Positions 17,768-28,821 are shown, numbered from the stretch's first letter. The stretch is DNA of 64,000 nt from Planctomycetota bacterium (GCA_044222185.1 JBGANV010000003.1:288001-352000), one strand, 5' to 3'. The notes: generated by a model from the sequence alone, not told the origin. A program made the numbers and translations.

Positions 17768-18399
17768 ACGTTCAGTCCTTTCGGCGCCGACGCCTCGGTC
17801 GCGAGCACATCGCCGATCTGTGGGGCAAGGGCACGTCGCAGCGCTTCCTTCGCGCGATTGAGCAGGCTCTTCGTCGCTTGCAGGGACAGGTCCAGGGCCT
17901 CCGCGATCTCCTGGTACGAGAGTTCCTCGAAACGGAGGAGCAGCACGGCCGCACGCTGATTCGCAGGCAGCGCCATCACGGCGTTGCGGACCGCGTCGCA
18001 CACCTCACCGCGCTCGAGCCGGCCGCTGGGCGCTTCCATCCGCTCGTCGGCCGGATCCAGTGGCCGCACGCCGCGCCCCGTGTCGACGGGAGCGTCGAGC
18101 GAAGCGGCCGCGCGGTATTCCTCGTAGCGAAGCCGGTTCAGGCCGAGGTTCGTAGCGATCCGGTACAGCCACGTGCGGAACCGCGCCGCTGGGACGTAGG
18201 CATGACGCGCCTTGTACATCCGCATCAGGACCTCCTGGGTGAGATCCTCGGCAAGTTGCTGATCACCGGTCTGGCGGTACATGAAGTTCAGGAGCGGTGG
18301 GGTGATGATCGAGACCAGCTCCTCGTAGGCCCCGGGCTCGTCCGCCTGCACGCGGAGCATGAGGCGGACCTCGGGATCGGAGGCAAAGCTGCTCCCCAT
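17764..18399 (-). CDS. ECF sigma-70 factor (RpoE/SigW-like)
   Basis: 'AEDLTQEV', 'FRTWLYRIATN', 'LP.NQRAAVLL...LSYQEIAEAL...KSLLNRAK'. Confidence 0.92.
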   Translation of the reverse strand: MGSSFASDPEVRLMLRVQADEPGAYEELVSIITPPLLNFMYRQTGDQQLAEDLTQEVLMRMYKARHAYVPAARFRTWLYRIATNLGLNRLRYEEYRAAASLDAPVDTGRGVRPLDPADERMEAPSGRLERGEVCDAVRNAVMALPANQRAAVLLLRFEELSYQEIAEALDLSLQATKSLLNRAKEALRRALAPQIGDVLATEASAPKGLNV

Positions 18400-18492
18400 C
18401 ACCTACCTGAAACCCCGGCGGCGCCATCCGGTTCCGGCGCGGCCGCGGAAAACGGCGTCCGAGGCCTGACTCGCCGGATCACACCCGCTCCC

Positions 18493-19611
18493 TCACGCTT
18501 TTTCCTGCCGGTCGAGGAGCGTCAGGATGAGCAGCACCCGGAACGTAACGTCCGTGTACTTCTTGTGTTTGCCGCGCCAGGAGTCCTCCAGCGGGAAGTA
18601 GTGATATTGCGACGGCGTGACGGCCTTTTCGATCTCAGCGTCGGGCCGGAAGACGCCATCTGGCTGCTGGAGGCTCAGGACCCAGTCGAGCAACTCGACG
18701 GCCCGCGGCTGGGTCAACAGCGTCCCGGTCCGCGCGAGAAGCTCGAGGTCATGAAGGAGGAACCCCAGCTTCTGGGCGGCGAAGTCCTCCCGGGTCATAT
18801 CCCCGATACGTGGCTGCCGCAGCCTCAGGACTCGCTTGCCCTCGACCTCGAGGATCATCTTGGGCTCGCCGGTGCGCGTGAAGAGGTGGTCTACGAAGCG
18901 ATCCACGACGCGTTGCCCGCGCGGGGTCGAGCGGATCTGGGGCAGGAACGCCATCAGGTAGAGAGCGAACATCTCCACTGGGATCGCATCGGGCTTCAGA
19001 CGCGCGTAGCGGCCGTCCTCCGGAATCTCGAGATCGCCGTCGTAGATGTCGGGAGCATCCGTCTTGCCGTACTGTTCCTCGACCTCGTCGAGGAACCGCG
19101 TGGCGTAGCTCGTGATGCGGGGATCGTCGTACGATCCAGCACGAACGAGGAGCGCCGCCGATGCGCGCATGAGCCAGCGACGCACGACGTGGTCGAGGAC
19201 CTTGTTCTTCCCCACGTAGCCGTTCAGCTCGTACAGCTCTGCCGTGGTGTCCTCCGAGAGGTACCGGAAGAGCAACTCCCCCGAGCAGTGCAGGATCGGG
19301 TGGGACATGTCCCATCCGTACTCGACGAGTGCGAGGAACTGGTTCACGAGGCCGGGGCCGCGCTTTCGGCTGGGGTTCGGCGGCTCGAACTCGAGCACCT
19401 TGTCGAGCCACGTGCCGGCCTGTTGCTGCAAGCGGGAGATCGTCACCGCCGGCTCGTAGTTGTAGGCGCGCTCCTTCGCCCGCTGCAGGTCCCAGTCACC
19501 CGGCTTCGTCTGGAGGATCTCCGTGTGGGTGCGGTACTGGATCGGCGGACACGCCTTCTCGAGCAACCACGGCACAGGCGAGCTATTCAACCGATCCGTC
19601 CACCGCCCCAT
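18493..19611 (-). CDS. Hypothetical protein, probable prenyltransferase-like alpha/alpha toroid
   Basis: 'WLLE...P.IQYR', QxxxGxW/F-like motifs ('QQQAGTW', 'QQPDGVF'); strong coding-like composition. Confidence 0.55.
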   Translation of the reverse strand: MGRWTDRLNSSPVPWLLEKACPPIQYRTHTEILQTKPGDWDLQRAKERAYNYEPAVTISRLQQQAGTWLDKVLEFEPPNPSRKRGPGLVNQFLALVEYGWDMSHPILHCSGELLFRYLSEDTTAELYELNGYVGKNKVLDHVVRRWLMRASAALLVRAGSYDDPRITSYATRFLDEVEEQYGKTDAPDIYDGDLEIPEDGRYARLKPDAIPVEMFALYLMAFLPQIRSTPRGQRVVDRFVDHLFTRTGEPKMILEVEGKRVLRLRQPRIGDMTREDFAAQKLGFLLHDLELLARTGTLLTQPRAVELLDWVLSLQQPDGVFRPDAEIEKAVTPSQYHYFPLEDSWRGKHKKYTDVTFRVLLILTLLDRQEKA

Positions 19612-19639
19612 GAATCAACCTCCCCGCGACCGGACGACG

Positions 19640-20827
19640 TCACCGGATTCGGCGCACACGCTCGAACGGCCGAACCACGGCACGCACGAATCCGACGACG
19701 GATGACAGCGGAATCGGCCCGAAGGCCGCGTCACGGCTGTCGATGCTGACTGGAACGTTGTCGCCCACGAGAAACAGCTTCCCCGACGGGACGACGACCG
19801 CTCCACTCACATTCTCCGAGGCCCAACCGTAGTGGACGTCCCGAAGCACCTCAAGCGCCCGCATGGTGATCGCACCGCCACGGGCCTGAATTCGAAGGCC
19901 GGAGAAGCTGCCGTAGGTGGCCGTGTCCCGAGGCTCGGAGAAGAGCTCACGCCACCCGGTACCCTCCCGACGGCTCACGCGGAACACTCCGTCGACGGTC
20001 TCGATCCGGATGCCCGTTCCCACGCACGCACCTGGGAAAAAGCCCCGGCGGGTCTCGCTCTCCGGAGTGCCCCCGAGAATGGCGATCCCGGTCGGGTCGA
20101 TTTCGACCCGTCGCACCTCACCGCCCTCGAGTTCGTGGGAGATGCGCAGGCCACCGCCCCCCAACTCGACCCCTCCGAGGTCGACTCGGATGTCGGGGAC
20201 CACGTTCCTCCCCGGGACGATCCTGCCGTCGGGTCCCATGTGGTCGTCGCGAAAGCACCGCCGGTCGACACCGCCACCGGGGAGCAGGTCGACCGTCGCC
20301 ATCCCGCCAGGCTCCGGCTGGATGGAGAGGGCGCCTGCCTCCCCGCGCGCCGACCCGCCCGCGACGCGAAGCATCGACAGCCATGCCCCGTCAGGCGGAA
20401 AGACGCGGAACATCTGGGCATCGACGAGGTCCGGCGGTCGCTGAACGATCGACATGCCCCCGTGCCCATCCTCGAGCACGATGTCACCGCCCCGAAAATC
20501 CATGCGGTCGCCGGAGACGCCGATGACACGCTTCACGTACAGGTGGGAGTTTCCGTCGCCGTCCGAATGGGCGAATACGCAGACGTCGAAGCGCGCAGGA
20601 GCGGAGAATCGTGCGCTCAACCGATCCACGATCACGTAGTCGGCCCCGCCCTGGAGCGCCGGCCACATGCTCTGCTCCCGCACCGGATACACGTCGACGA
20701 CGAAGAGCTTTCCGAGCAAGGGCACGACGGCCACGATCGCGAGCTTCCACGTCAATCCGAGGCGCGGCTTGCGCCGTCGTGGCGTACTCACAGTCGCCGG
20801 CTCGACGGCATCCGGACGGTCACTCAC
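19640..20827 (-). CDS. lepB: Signal peptidase I with large insertion
   Basis: TM helix; box B 'QSMWPAL', box D 'YVKRVIG', box E 'GDN...SIDSR...FGPIP'. Confidence 0.88.
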   Translation of the reverse strand: MSDRPDAVEPATVSTPRRRKPRLGLTWKLAIVAVVPLLGKLFVVDVYPVREQSMWPALQGGADYVIVDRLSARFSAPARFDVCVFAHSDGDGNSHLYVKRVIGVSGDRMDFRGGDIVLEDGHGGMSIVQRPPDLVDAQMFRVFPPDGAWLSMLRVAGGSARGEAGALSIQPEPGGMATVDLLPGGGVDRRCFRDDHMGPDGRIVPGRNVVPDIRVDLGGVELGGGGLRISHELEGGEVRRVEIDPTGIAILGGTPESETRRGFFPGACVGTGIRIETVDGVFRVSRREGTGWRELFSEPRDTATYGSFSGLRIQARGGAITMRALEVLRDVHYGWASENVSGAVVVPSGKLFLVGDNVPVSIDSRDAAFGPIPLSSVVGFVRAVVRPFERVRRIR

Positions 20828-22098
20828 GCCTCGCCTCGCCGGTAGTGCTGCATTCCACCGATGTGGACCGCCTCGACGTCCTCCGGGCCGCAGGTGAAGA
20901 CGATGGTCGCGAGCGGATCTCGAATGGGCGCATGGCGCGTGGTCGAGACGTCGAGGATGACGAAGTCAGCCGACTTGCCCACCTCCAGCGTTCCGGTGAG
21001 GTTCTCGAAGCCGAGTGCGCGCGCACCGTTGATCGTTGCCATCCGGAGCAGTGTAGCGGCATCCATCGCGCCGACGCGACGCGCGAGCCCACGCTGGCAC
21101 AGAAGCGCGGTTCGCATTTCTTCGAACATGTCCAGGCGGGAGTTCGACGCAGCCGAGTCCACGCCAAGCGCGACGTTGACGCCGGCTTCGATCATCGCGC
21201 CCACCGGGGCGACGCCCTCGGCGAGCTTCAGATTCGAGCGCGGACAGTGAGCCACGTGCGTACCGGTGCGTGCCAGGATCGCGATGTCGTCGGAAGTCAC
21301 CTGCACGGCGTGCGCGACGACGGTCTGGGGACCGAGCGCGCCAAGCTCTGCCATCAAGGCCGTCGGGGTCACGCCGAAGCGGTAGCGATCCAGCGTGCCG
21401 CGCTCCGCGCACATGCGCTCGAGGGGGCCACTGCGCGCGGAGATGAACTCGTGCTCCTCCAGGCTCTCGTCCAGGTGGAACGAAAGTCTGCGTCCCTCGT
21501 TTCGCGCTCGGTCGACGACGGCGGCGAAGACGCGAGGAGGGCAGGTCCAGGGCGTGTGCGGCGAATAGCCGACCGGTGACGTAAGACCCTGCGCCCGGAT
21601 TCGCTCGACGATCGCATCGACCTCCGCGATGTATCCTGACTCGTCCGGGGCCATGCTCCCGAAAAACTCCTGGAAGTAGATGCCGTGTTGGCCCGTCTCC
21701 TCGAGCACCGCCATGGCATCCGATCGGAAGAAGTTCTCCCCGACCAGCGTCACGCCGCTCGCAAGGAGCTCGCGAGCGCTCCGTCGCGCGCCCTCCGTCC
21801 AGATGCCGGCATCCGCGCCGCGCTCCTGGATCGCAGGAAGAAGCGCGTTGGAGATCCAATCGAGGAAGGGGCGGTCATCGCCGCAGCCTCGGAAGGAGCC
21901 CAGTGCGAGATGGCAGTGCGCCGACACGAGCCCCGGCATGATCAGGCGTCCGCGCGGAAGGCTCACGGGGCTCACGCCGGTCGGGGGCTCGCCGCGGCCA
22001 ACGGCCGCGATTCTGGTGCCCTCGATGACGATCCACCCTGGCGAGAAGACGGCGCCCGAACCCGTGACGAGGTGATCAGCGAAGAAAGCGGTTGGCAT
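20824..22098 (-). CDS. Metal-dependent amidohydrolase (MtaD/SAH- or aminofutalosine-deaminase-like)
   Basis: 'PGLVSAHCH', 'HLDES', 'AHAV', 'HCPRSN', 'GVDS', 'GTLEVGKSAD'. Confidence 0.85.
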   Translation of the reverse strand: MPTAFFADHLVTGSGAVFSPGWIVIEGTRIAAVGRGEPPTGVSPVSLPRGRLIMPGLVSAHCHLALGSFRGCGDDRPFLDWISNALLPAIQERGADAGIWTEGARRSARELLASGVTLVGENFFRSDAMAVLEETGQHGIYFQEFFGSMAPDESGYIAEVDAIVERIRAQGLTSPVGYSPHTPWTCPPRVFAAVVDRARNEGRRLSFHLDESLEEHEFISARSGPLERMCAERGTLDRYRFGVTPTALMAELGALGPQTVVAHAVQVTSDDIAILARTGTHVAHCPRSNLKLAEGVAPVGAMIEAGVNVALGVDSAASNSRLDMFEEMRTALLCQRGLARRVGAMDAATLLRMATINGARALGFENLTGTLEVGKSADFVILDVSTTRHAPIRDPLATIVFTCGPEDVEAVHIGGMQHYRRGEA

Positions 22099-22104
22099 GC
22101 GATC

Positions 22105-23400
22105 TCAGAGCCCGGCGCGGACGAGGCTCCGCAGCAGCTCTTCCGAATCGGCGTGGCGCGAACGGAACCGCGCGAGCATGCGGGAGAACCCTTCGTCGGC
22201 CCCGATGGCCGCAGCCAGTCGTCCCGCGTGCGCGAGGATCTGCGCGACCTCCTCTGCGCGAGGCCCACCGGGCGCGTCGGCAACTCGATGAGCGGCGACG
22301 ATCATCCAGCCTGCGGCAAGCTCCGCTCGCGTGCCCTCGATGGAGCGCGCTGCTTCCATCAAGACCGCGGCGTCGATCGGCTGCGTGACCACGAGGCCAT
22401 CGGCGTCCGTGAACATTCCCTCGTCCACGTACAACCGAAACACCAGCTCGGGGCAACGCTGATGCTTCTGGAGATGCCCGAGCACCCGGCCACGCACACG
22501 CGGCCAATGCTCGGCGGTCGTCGCTCGGCGGAGTTCCTCGAAACGCGGGCTGTCTGGTTCGGCGAGGAAGCGCGCCTCGCACGCGACTCGAATTCGCCGG
22601 GCCGGCGCCTCCGCGCGCGGCTCCTGCAGGCCTCCGGCAGCCGCTCGAACCGGCTCCGCGCTCGGCGCCGCTGACAGCCGGCGGGACAACTCCATGGCTT
22701 CGCTTGAACGACCGGCGCGAACGAGCGCTGCAATCATCTCGCGAGCGTCACCCGTCATCCGCGCGCGCTGTCGGGCAGCCGCAATGCCGTACTCATGACC
22801 GCCGCTGCCTGCGAGGATCTCTCCCGCGAGGCGATCGAGTGCCCAACGGCGCGCGGCGAGATCCAAACGACGCGGGTCGAGCGATTCGAGACTCGTCCCC
22901 GGGAAAGGAACGGGGAGGTCAGCCAACGCGTCCGCCGTCAACTGCAGGAGCTCTCGTCGATCCGCCGGTTGCTCCGCGAGTCGGAGGAGTCGATCCCCGA
23001 GGCGCCCGAGGACTCGCCCTCCGTCGTCCTGCCACACGGAGAACAAGCGGACGAGTCCGCCCCCTCGATCGAAATGGTGCCGCTGGCTTCGCGCATCGCG
23101 ATGGTAGATCCGATCGAGGATCCGCAGTGCGTGCTCGAGCACTGCCGCGAGGTCCGCCGCAGCACCCGCCGGAGCCGCCGCCCAGTCGACGTCGCAGGTG
23201 GCGACGACGCCGAGAAGGTTGACGACGGCGTCATGAGTGTCGAGAGGTTCCTGTACAACGAAACGGCGCAGCTGGGAAACCAGCCGCGCCGCAAGCTCCT
23301 GGACCTTCGCGTGGTCAGCCGCGGTTCTCGCCGCGGCCAACTGTTTGCGAATCGTCAGGATCGATCGTCGACAACCATCGAGGGTGTCACTTGGCTCCAC
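22105..23400 (-). CDS. Hypothetical alpha-helical protein
   Basis: 431-aa ORF tightly packed between neighbours (14-bp overlap, 6-bp gap) in a minus-strand operon. Confidence 0.6.
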   Translation of the reverse strand: MEPSDTLDGCRRSILTIRKQLAAARTAADHAKVQELAARLVSQLRRFVVQEPLDTHDAVVNLLGVVATCDVDWAAAPAGAAADLAAVLEHALRILDRIYHRDARSQRHHFDRGGGLVRLFSVWQDDGGRVLGRLGDRLLRLAEQPADRRELLQLTADALADLPVPFPGTSLESLDPRRLDLAARRWALDRLAGEILAGSGGHEYGIAAARQRARMTGDAREMIAALVRAGRSSEAMELSRRLSAAPSAEPVRAAAGGLQEPRAEAPARRIRVACEARFLAEPDSPRFEELRRATTAEHWPRVRGRVLGHLQKHQRCPELVFRLYVDEGMFTDADGLVVTQPIDAAVLMEAARSIEGTRAELAAGWMIVAAHRVADAPGGPRAEEVAQILAHAGRLAAAIGADEGFSRMLARFRSRHADSEELLRSLVRAGL

Positions 23401-24448
23401 TCGCCACCTCGGAGCCCGAGGCCTTCGACGGCTCGAAGACGTCCGCCTTCAGGCCCGTGTTGATCTGCGCATCCTTGACGTCGATCGTTGCGACCGGCTC
23501 GAGGGACGCGCCGAGAACCGACACGCGCGATGGCGTCGTGATGCCGGAGGCGAAGCGCCAGCCGGTGTAGTCATATCCGCGAGTGCGGACGCCACCGCGG
23601 CTCCACTCCGTGTGGGTCGGCACGCGGAGGTCCGAGCGGAACGTCGCAGAACCGCTGACGCCGTTGTCGGCTGACGGCTTGACGGTGTACGTCTCCTGCG
23701 TGACGAAGTCGACTTCCGCCGCCTTCGTGAACGTGAAGGAGTACGCGGTCGCGTCGAACGGAACGACGTCCGCGAGCGTGACCGGCGTGCCGTTCAGGCG
23801 GATCTCGGAGGCGAGCGACGACGCCGACGCCGTGCCGCCATCCTTGGTCCAACGAGTGATCTTCGTCATCGCACCCGACTCGCGCATGAAGAACACTTCG
23901 CGGGTCACGTAGTCGGCGCCGGACTTCTCCTGCACCTCGATGCGACGCTTGATGTCACTGCCCCGGAGCTCGGCGACCTTCACGCGGAACTCGACCTTGC
24001 GCAGAGCCGCGTCGAGGCACGAGACGTCGAGCGACACCGAGCGATCCTTGACGCGGCCCATGTCGGCCGTGATCGCGGTCTTGAACGCGGTGCCGAGAGC
24101 CGTCGCTTCGGCCGCGGTCTCGGGTGCGCCACTGTCACCACCACCTTCGGCGCCGTTGCGATCGCGACGTGCCGTGGCCGCGCCCGCGCGAGGCGCCATT
24201 CCGCCGCCGCGCGATCCGCCGGTCGTCCCACCTTCGCGAGCCGTCGTGCCTGGCGTGAAGCCGGCCGGCGCCGGGCGCGCGCCCGTGTTCGTGTTCGGCG
24301 TGTTCGACGACGTCGGGTTGCCACCGCCGGTGAGTCCGCGTCCAACGCCCGGGGGCGACGGCGGCGGCGAGAAGCCGTGAGCCAGGGCCTCCGAACTGGC
24401 GAATCCGAGAACGGTCACCACACCCAACACGATTGACGCTTTCCGCAT
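23387..24448 (-). CDS. Exported protein with Gly/Pro-rich N-terminus and LolA-like (lipoprotein-sorting) domain
   Basis: Signal peptide (ALAH); AGGAG RBS; C-terminal 'INTGLKADVF' typical of LolA-like folds. Confidence 0.6.
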   Translation of the reverse strand: MRKASIVLGVVTVLGFASSEALAHGFSPPPSPPGVGRGLTGGGNPTSSNTPNTNTGARPAPAGFTPGTTAREGGTTGGSRGGGMAPRAGAATARRDRNGAEGGGDSGAPETAAEATALGTAFKTAITADMGRVKDRSVSLDVSCLDAALRKVEFRVKVAELRGSDIKRRIEVQEKSGADYVTREVFFMRESGAMTKITRWTKDGGTASASSLASEIRLNGTPVTLADVVPFDATAYSFTFTKAAEVDFVTQETYTVKPSADNGVSGSATFRSDLRVPTHTEWSRGGVRTRGYDYTGWRFASGITTPSRVSVLGASLEPVATIDVKDAQINTGLKADVFEPSKASGSEVASGAK

Positions 24449-24569
24449 CTGCATTCTCCTTCAGATCACGAGGCACACCGGGCTGGTCGAGTGAGCCCCA
24501 TCGAACGCGTGTGGAACGGGACGGCCGGGATCATACATCGGTCGCGGCTGGGAGTGAAACTTCAGCTCA

Positions 24570-26609
24570 TCATTCTCGCGAAACCGATTCGGGGAACGGA
24601 CGGCAGGCCGCGTCCTCACACAGCAGCGCCCCGGTGGGTGAACCGCTCGCCCCCGCGATCCCGACCCCGATCGCGGCGAGGGCGGGACGACCCGCGTGAG
24701 TCACCGGGCACACCGAGCGGCCAGGGGACTGGGCTCGGTGTGCCGCCTGCAGCAGCTGCCGGAACCGGGCATCGGACCCGTCACCCCAGACCGTCAGTTT
24801 CCTCGGCGGTTCACGCAGCTCCACCCAGGCGCTCAGCATCAACGGGAATCCCTGAGGAACGCGCGCGACCTCACCTCCGAACGCCCGGACGGTCTGCCGG
24901 CCCTTCTCGCGTAGCGCCTCGTCATCGAACAGCGCGCCCAGCCGCGCCCACAGGAGAGCCAGCACCGAGTTGGCGGAAGGAAGGGCCCCATCATGGGAGT
25001 CCTTCATGCGAGCGATGAGCTCGGACGACGGTTGCGAGAAGAAATACCCGCCGCCAGGGGCGGCAAAGAGCTCGTCGCACCGGGTCGCCAGTTCCCGGGC
25101 CCGGCTGACCCAGCGCGCCTCCCCCGTCGCCTCGAACAGCCCCAGGTATCCAAAGGCCAGGTAGGCGTGGTCGTCGAGCGACCCGGGGAACCGGGCATCG
25201 GCATCTCGGTAACGGCGAAGGAGCGTCCCGGTACCGGGTTCGACGAGGCGGCTCTCCACGAACTCCGCCGCGCGCCGCGCCAGACCGACCCAGCGGTCGG
25301 AGCCGGTGACGGCACCCAGGCGGGCAAGTGCATGGATCGCCAGGCCGTTCCAGGAGGTCAGGACCTTGTCGTCGAGCCCGGGCCGAGGCCGGCGCTCACG
25401 TGCGTCATACAGCTTGCGGCGAACGGCCGCGTACCAGTCGAGGAACGCGTCCTCCGTGAGGCCTTCGGCCGCCGCGATCTCGGAGACGCTCGCCGTCAGG
25501 TGCAGCACGTTCGCACCCTCGAAGTTCCCGGTGGGCTCCACGCCGAAGACCCGGAGCACCCGCGGAGCATCCGCCCCGAGCATGGACTCGAGCTCTTCCT
25601 TCGTGAAGACGTAGAAGCGCCCCTCCTCGCCCTCGCTGTCCGCATCTTGCGCCGAATAGAACCCGCCGGCGTCGTGCGTCATCTCCCGCTCGATGAACGC
25701 GGCGACGTCAGCGGCGATTCGAAGCAGGTCGTCACGTCCCAGGAGCAACGCGCCGTCGACGTAGGCCTCCAGCAGGAGGGCGTTGTCGTACAGCATCTTC
25801 TCGAAGTGTGGGACCAGCCACCGCTCGTCCGTGGAGTATCTCGCGAACCCGCCCCCCACGTGATCGTAGATCCCGCCGCGCCACATCATCTCGAGCGTGT
25901 GCCCGATGGCGTGCCGGCGACGCGTGTCCGGCTCCCGCGCCTCCCGGCGAACGAGCAGGTCGAGAATCGAGGTTCGGGGGAACTTCGGCGCGCCCCCGAA
26001 TCCACCGAACCTCTCATCGAATTCGGCGACCAACGCCCGGTCAGCCTTCTCGACGGCGTCATCCAACGCGGCGTCGCCGACGGCCACGCCTGCGGGCCCG
26101 CGCGCCAGCATCTCGACCATCCGCCGACCGTTCTCGTCGACCTCGGCCCTGCGACGGCGATACACGTCCGCCAAGGTCTTCAGGATGTCCGCGAAGCCCG
26201 GTCGCCCCCACCGTGCATCCGGCGGAAAGTACGTGCCGCCGTAGAACGGCTCGAGGTTCGGGGTCAACCAGACGGAGAGCGGCCACCCGCCCTGGCCCTG
26301 CATCGCCATGACGGCATGCATGTAGACCTGATCCAGATCCGGGCGCTCCTCCCGGTCGACCTTCACGTTCACGTAGTTCTCGTTCATGATCCCGGCGATG
26401 GCCGGGTTCTCGAACGATTCACGCTCCATGACGTGGCACCAGTGGCACGTGCTGTATCCGATCGACAGGAAGATCGGTTTGTCTTCCAGGCGCGCCCGCC
26501 CGATCGCCTCCTCGCCGAAGGGGTACCAGTCGACGGGGTTCGCGGCGTGCTGGCGCAGGTAGGGACTCTTCTCGTTCGCCAGTCGATTGCGGTGCGGTTG
26601 GGGGTGCAT
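24570..26609 (-). CDS. YyaL/DUF255 (SPATA20-like) thioredoxin domain protein
   Basis: '[21 protein letters not shown]', '[18 protein letters not shown]', '[10 protein letters not shown]', '[11 protein letters not shown]', '[11 protein letters not shown]'. Confidence 0.92.
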   Translation of the reverse strand: MHPQPHRNRLANEKSPYLRQHAANPVDWYPFGEEAIGRARLEDKPIFLSIGYSTCHWCHVMERESFENPAIAGIMNENYVNVKVDREERPDLDQVYMHAVMAMQGQGGWPLSVWLTPNLEPFYGGTYFPPDARWGRPGFADILKTLADVYRRRRAEVDENGRRMVEMLARGPAGVAVGDAALDDAVEKADRALVAEFDERFGGFGGAPKFPRTSILDLLVRREAREPDTRRRHAIGHTLEMMWRGGIYDHVGGGFARYSTDERWLVPHFEKMLYDNALLLEAYVDGALLLGRDDLLRIAADVAAFIEREMTHDAGGFYSAQDADSEGEEGRFYVFTKEELESMLGADAPRVLRVFGVEPTGNFEGANVLHLTASVSEIAAAEGLTEDAFLDWYAAVRRKLYDARERRPRPGLDDKVLTSWNGLAIHALARLGAVTGSDRWVGLARRAAEFVESRLVEPGTGTLLRRYRDADARFPGSLDDHAYLAFGYLGLFEATGEARWVSRARELATRCDELFAAPGGGYFFSQPSSELIARMKDSHDGALPSANSVLALLWARLGALFDDEALREKGRQTVRAFGGEVARVPQGFPLMLSAWVELREPPRKLTVWGDGSDARFRQLLQAAHRAQSPGRSVCPVTHAGRPALAAIGVGIAGASGSPTGALLCEDAACRPFPESVSRE

Positions 26610-26942
26610 GAAGCTTCTCGGCTCCGGAGGAAAAGGGAGACCAGAGGGTACCGAAGTGGTTCTCTTTGCCACGATCCTCGCCGGCCGGGGAGCCGGGGCG
26701 TCGTTCCTTCGCGTGCCCCGACAGGCGTTTGCACCGTCAGGCGCGCCATCTTTGGGCCAGCAGCTCCGCTCCAATCCTTTCACTCGTTGAGGATTAGAGC
26801 GAATCCGGCAGCGTTTCGTCCGCAGGCCGGACCACGCCCGTCGACGACGCGGGTATCCTCGTATCACTCTGTAGTCGGCCCCATGTTCGCCACCGCTGAG
26901 CGCCAGTCGACGGTGACCGAGCGAGGGGAAGGAGTCGTCGCC

Positions 26943-28070
26943 ATGTCGTCCCGCGGACCCCGAGGTGGATCCAAGGTTCTTTTGTCGCTCTGCCACCAGG
27001 TCGACGTTCTGTCCGAGCGCATCCGCGCGTCGGTCCCGAAAGGGCCACGGCTGCTGGAAAGTCGCCGGCGGAACGCCGTGCATCGGCTCAGGGCGGCGCT
27101 CCACCGACCGGGCCGGGACCGATTCCGCAACGCCCTCCGCCTCGTCCGGCGCGAGCACGGGTTGGACGAGACGTCCATGCTCGTTGTCCTCCTGCTCTTC
27201 AACCGACGGATCCGCCGAACGAACCCGGCCATGTCGGGTCGGGAACTGCTTGAGAGCGTGTCTCGAAGCGGCTCGGCCATGATCGAATCGTCGAACGTCC
27301 TGCACCCCGATGCGGCGCTGCTCAGGACGGGGCTGATCTCGGGGTCCGCGGCGACGCCCGAGGACGTGTTCGATGCCGAATACCGCATCAGCGTCCCGGC
27401 GTTTCGCTCCCTCTATCGGGCGTACCACGGGGTCCCGGCGGCCGGCGGCGCGGAGACCGACCTCGCGGTCCCCTACCGGAACGTCCTCGAACACCTGTCC
27501 GACATGCGGCTGCGGGTCGAGATGGCCCGTCGTCGGGCGGCGCGCCTGTTCCCCCAGAGCTACTGGGCCGAGGTTCACTCGGACGAGGAACGGCCCGCCG
27601 ACGAGCTTCATGACCTCGTCCGCCGCGTCGAAAGCGCGATCGCCCAACGGGAGGAGTGCACGGCGAACCAACCGGCCCTGCCGCTCGTCCGGCTGAGGAC
27701 CGAATTCAAGCTCACGCCGGACGAAGAACTGATCCTCTCGGCGCTCCTCGTGCAGGAGCTGTTCACGGCGCGCCAGACACTCGAGCTCGGCGAACTGCTA
27801 CGGCTCGTCGCCACGTCCGAGACGGAGGTGATCACCAAGCGCCACGTGATCGCCGCCGACTCCACGCTGCGTCGTGACGGGCTCATCACGGTCGAGTCCG
27901 AGAGCGACGGCAAGGACCTGATGGCAACGGCCTGGCTCGCGCCCGCCACGACGGAGCGGCTGCTCGGAGATGCCCGACTTCAAGGAACGATCGGCGAGGA
28001 CGAGCGGAGGAAGTTCCACGATTTCCTCGAGAAGCTCCGAGGTAGTGATGACTTTTTTCAACAGCTCTGA
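26943..28070 (+). CDS. Hypothetical protein with two tandem winged-helix-like repeats
   Basis: GAAGGAG RBS; internal repeat 'L.......L....LV.LL...ELL..V...VL..D..L.R.GLI' occurs twice; no Walker A motif. Confidence 0.65.
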   Translation: MSSRGPRGGSKVLLSLCHQVDVLSERIRASVPKGPRLLESRRRNAVHRLRAALHRPGRDRFRNALRLVRREHGLDETSMLVVLLLFNRRIRRTNPAMSGRELLESVSRSGSAMIESSNVLHPDAALLRTGLISGSAATPEDVFDAEYRISVPAFRSLYRAYHGVPAAGGAETDLAVPYRNVLEHLSDMRLRVEMARRRAARLFPQSYWAEVHSDEERPADELHDLVRRVESAIAQREECTANQPALPLVRLRTEFKLTPDEELILSALLVQELFTARQTLELGELLRLVATSETEVITKRHVIAADSTLRRDGLITVESESDGKDLMATAWLAPATTERLLGDARLQGTIGEDERRKFHDFLEKLRGSDDFFQQL

Positions 28071-28143
28071 ACAATGATGACGATCCGCGCCGGCCGAGTC
28101 GCCCCCCTATCGACGGGGCGGATCATCGAGTAGAAGGAACCGC

Positions 28144-28821
28144 ATGAAGCTATCACCCGCTTCGGACCCGAAGCTTCGGGAACAGTTTCAGCGTTATCGC
28201 GAGATGTTCCCGCACGAGTACGAGGACCGGTGCTGGGTCGCCGTCGCCGAGTACTTCGACCTCCAGAACGATGAGAAGCGGACGATCTCGGCGTTCAAGC
28301 AAGCGATCCTCTTGAACCCGGAATGGGGCAAGTGGCACCTCGACCTCGCCAAGGCGTACATGCGCGCCAAGAAGCTCCCGGAGGCCATCCATCACCTGGA
28401 GCGCTGCGCTGAGCTCAGCTCGTCGGGCTGCCAGAACGCGTACTTCGCCGAGAACGTCCTCTACTACCTCGGTTACGCGCTGTTCATGTTGAAGCGATAC
28501 AAGGAGGCCGCGGAAGCCTGGCGTGGCGCCGAAACGACGATCACGAGCTGGCGGCATCCAGAGCCGCTGAAGGATTTCCACCTCCATCGAGGCTGGGCCT
28601 ATCACCTCGAGCGTCAACTCCTCGACGCGCTCGAAGCGTACCGCAGAGGCATGGTGGCGCCGGGCCCGGGTGACTGCTCTGAAGACGACCCGATGGATCC
28701 CGACGAGGTCGAGTCCGTCCAGGACGCCATGAACGACAACATCATGAAGTTCCACCAGATGGCGAAGGAAGGCGAGATCCCGGACGCGGACACGTTGAAG
28801 GCCACCCCTTACACCAGCTGA
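28144..28821 (+). CDS. Tetratricopeptide repeat protein
   Basis: AAGGA RBS; 'AFKQAILLNPE', 'YYLGYALF' TPR patterns. Confidence 0.8.
   Translation: MKLSPASDPKLREQFQRYREMFPHEYEDRCWVAVAEYFDLQNDEKRTISAFKQAILLNPEWGKWHLDLAKAYMRAKKLPEAIHHLERCAELSSSGCQNAYFAENVLYYLGYALFMLKRYKEAAEAWRGAETTITSWRHPEPLKDFHLHRGWAYHLERQLLDALEAYRRGMVAPGPGDCSEDDPMDPDEVESVQDAMNDNIMKFHQMAKEGEIPDADTLKATPYTS

Noticed and set aside
24993-26942. N-terminal part of the 1025-aa plus-strand ORF, and the upstream extension of the YyaL ORF to 27671
   Set aside because: Antisense shadows of real genes in GC-rich DNA; true starts are about 26943 (+) and 26609 (-).
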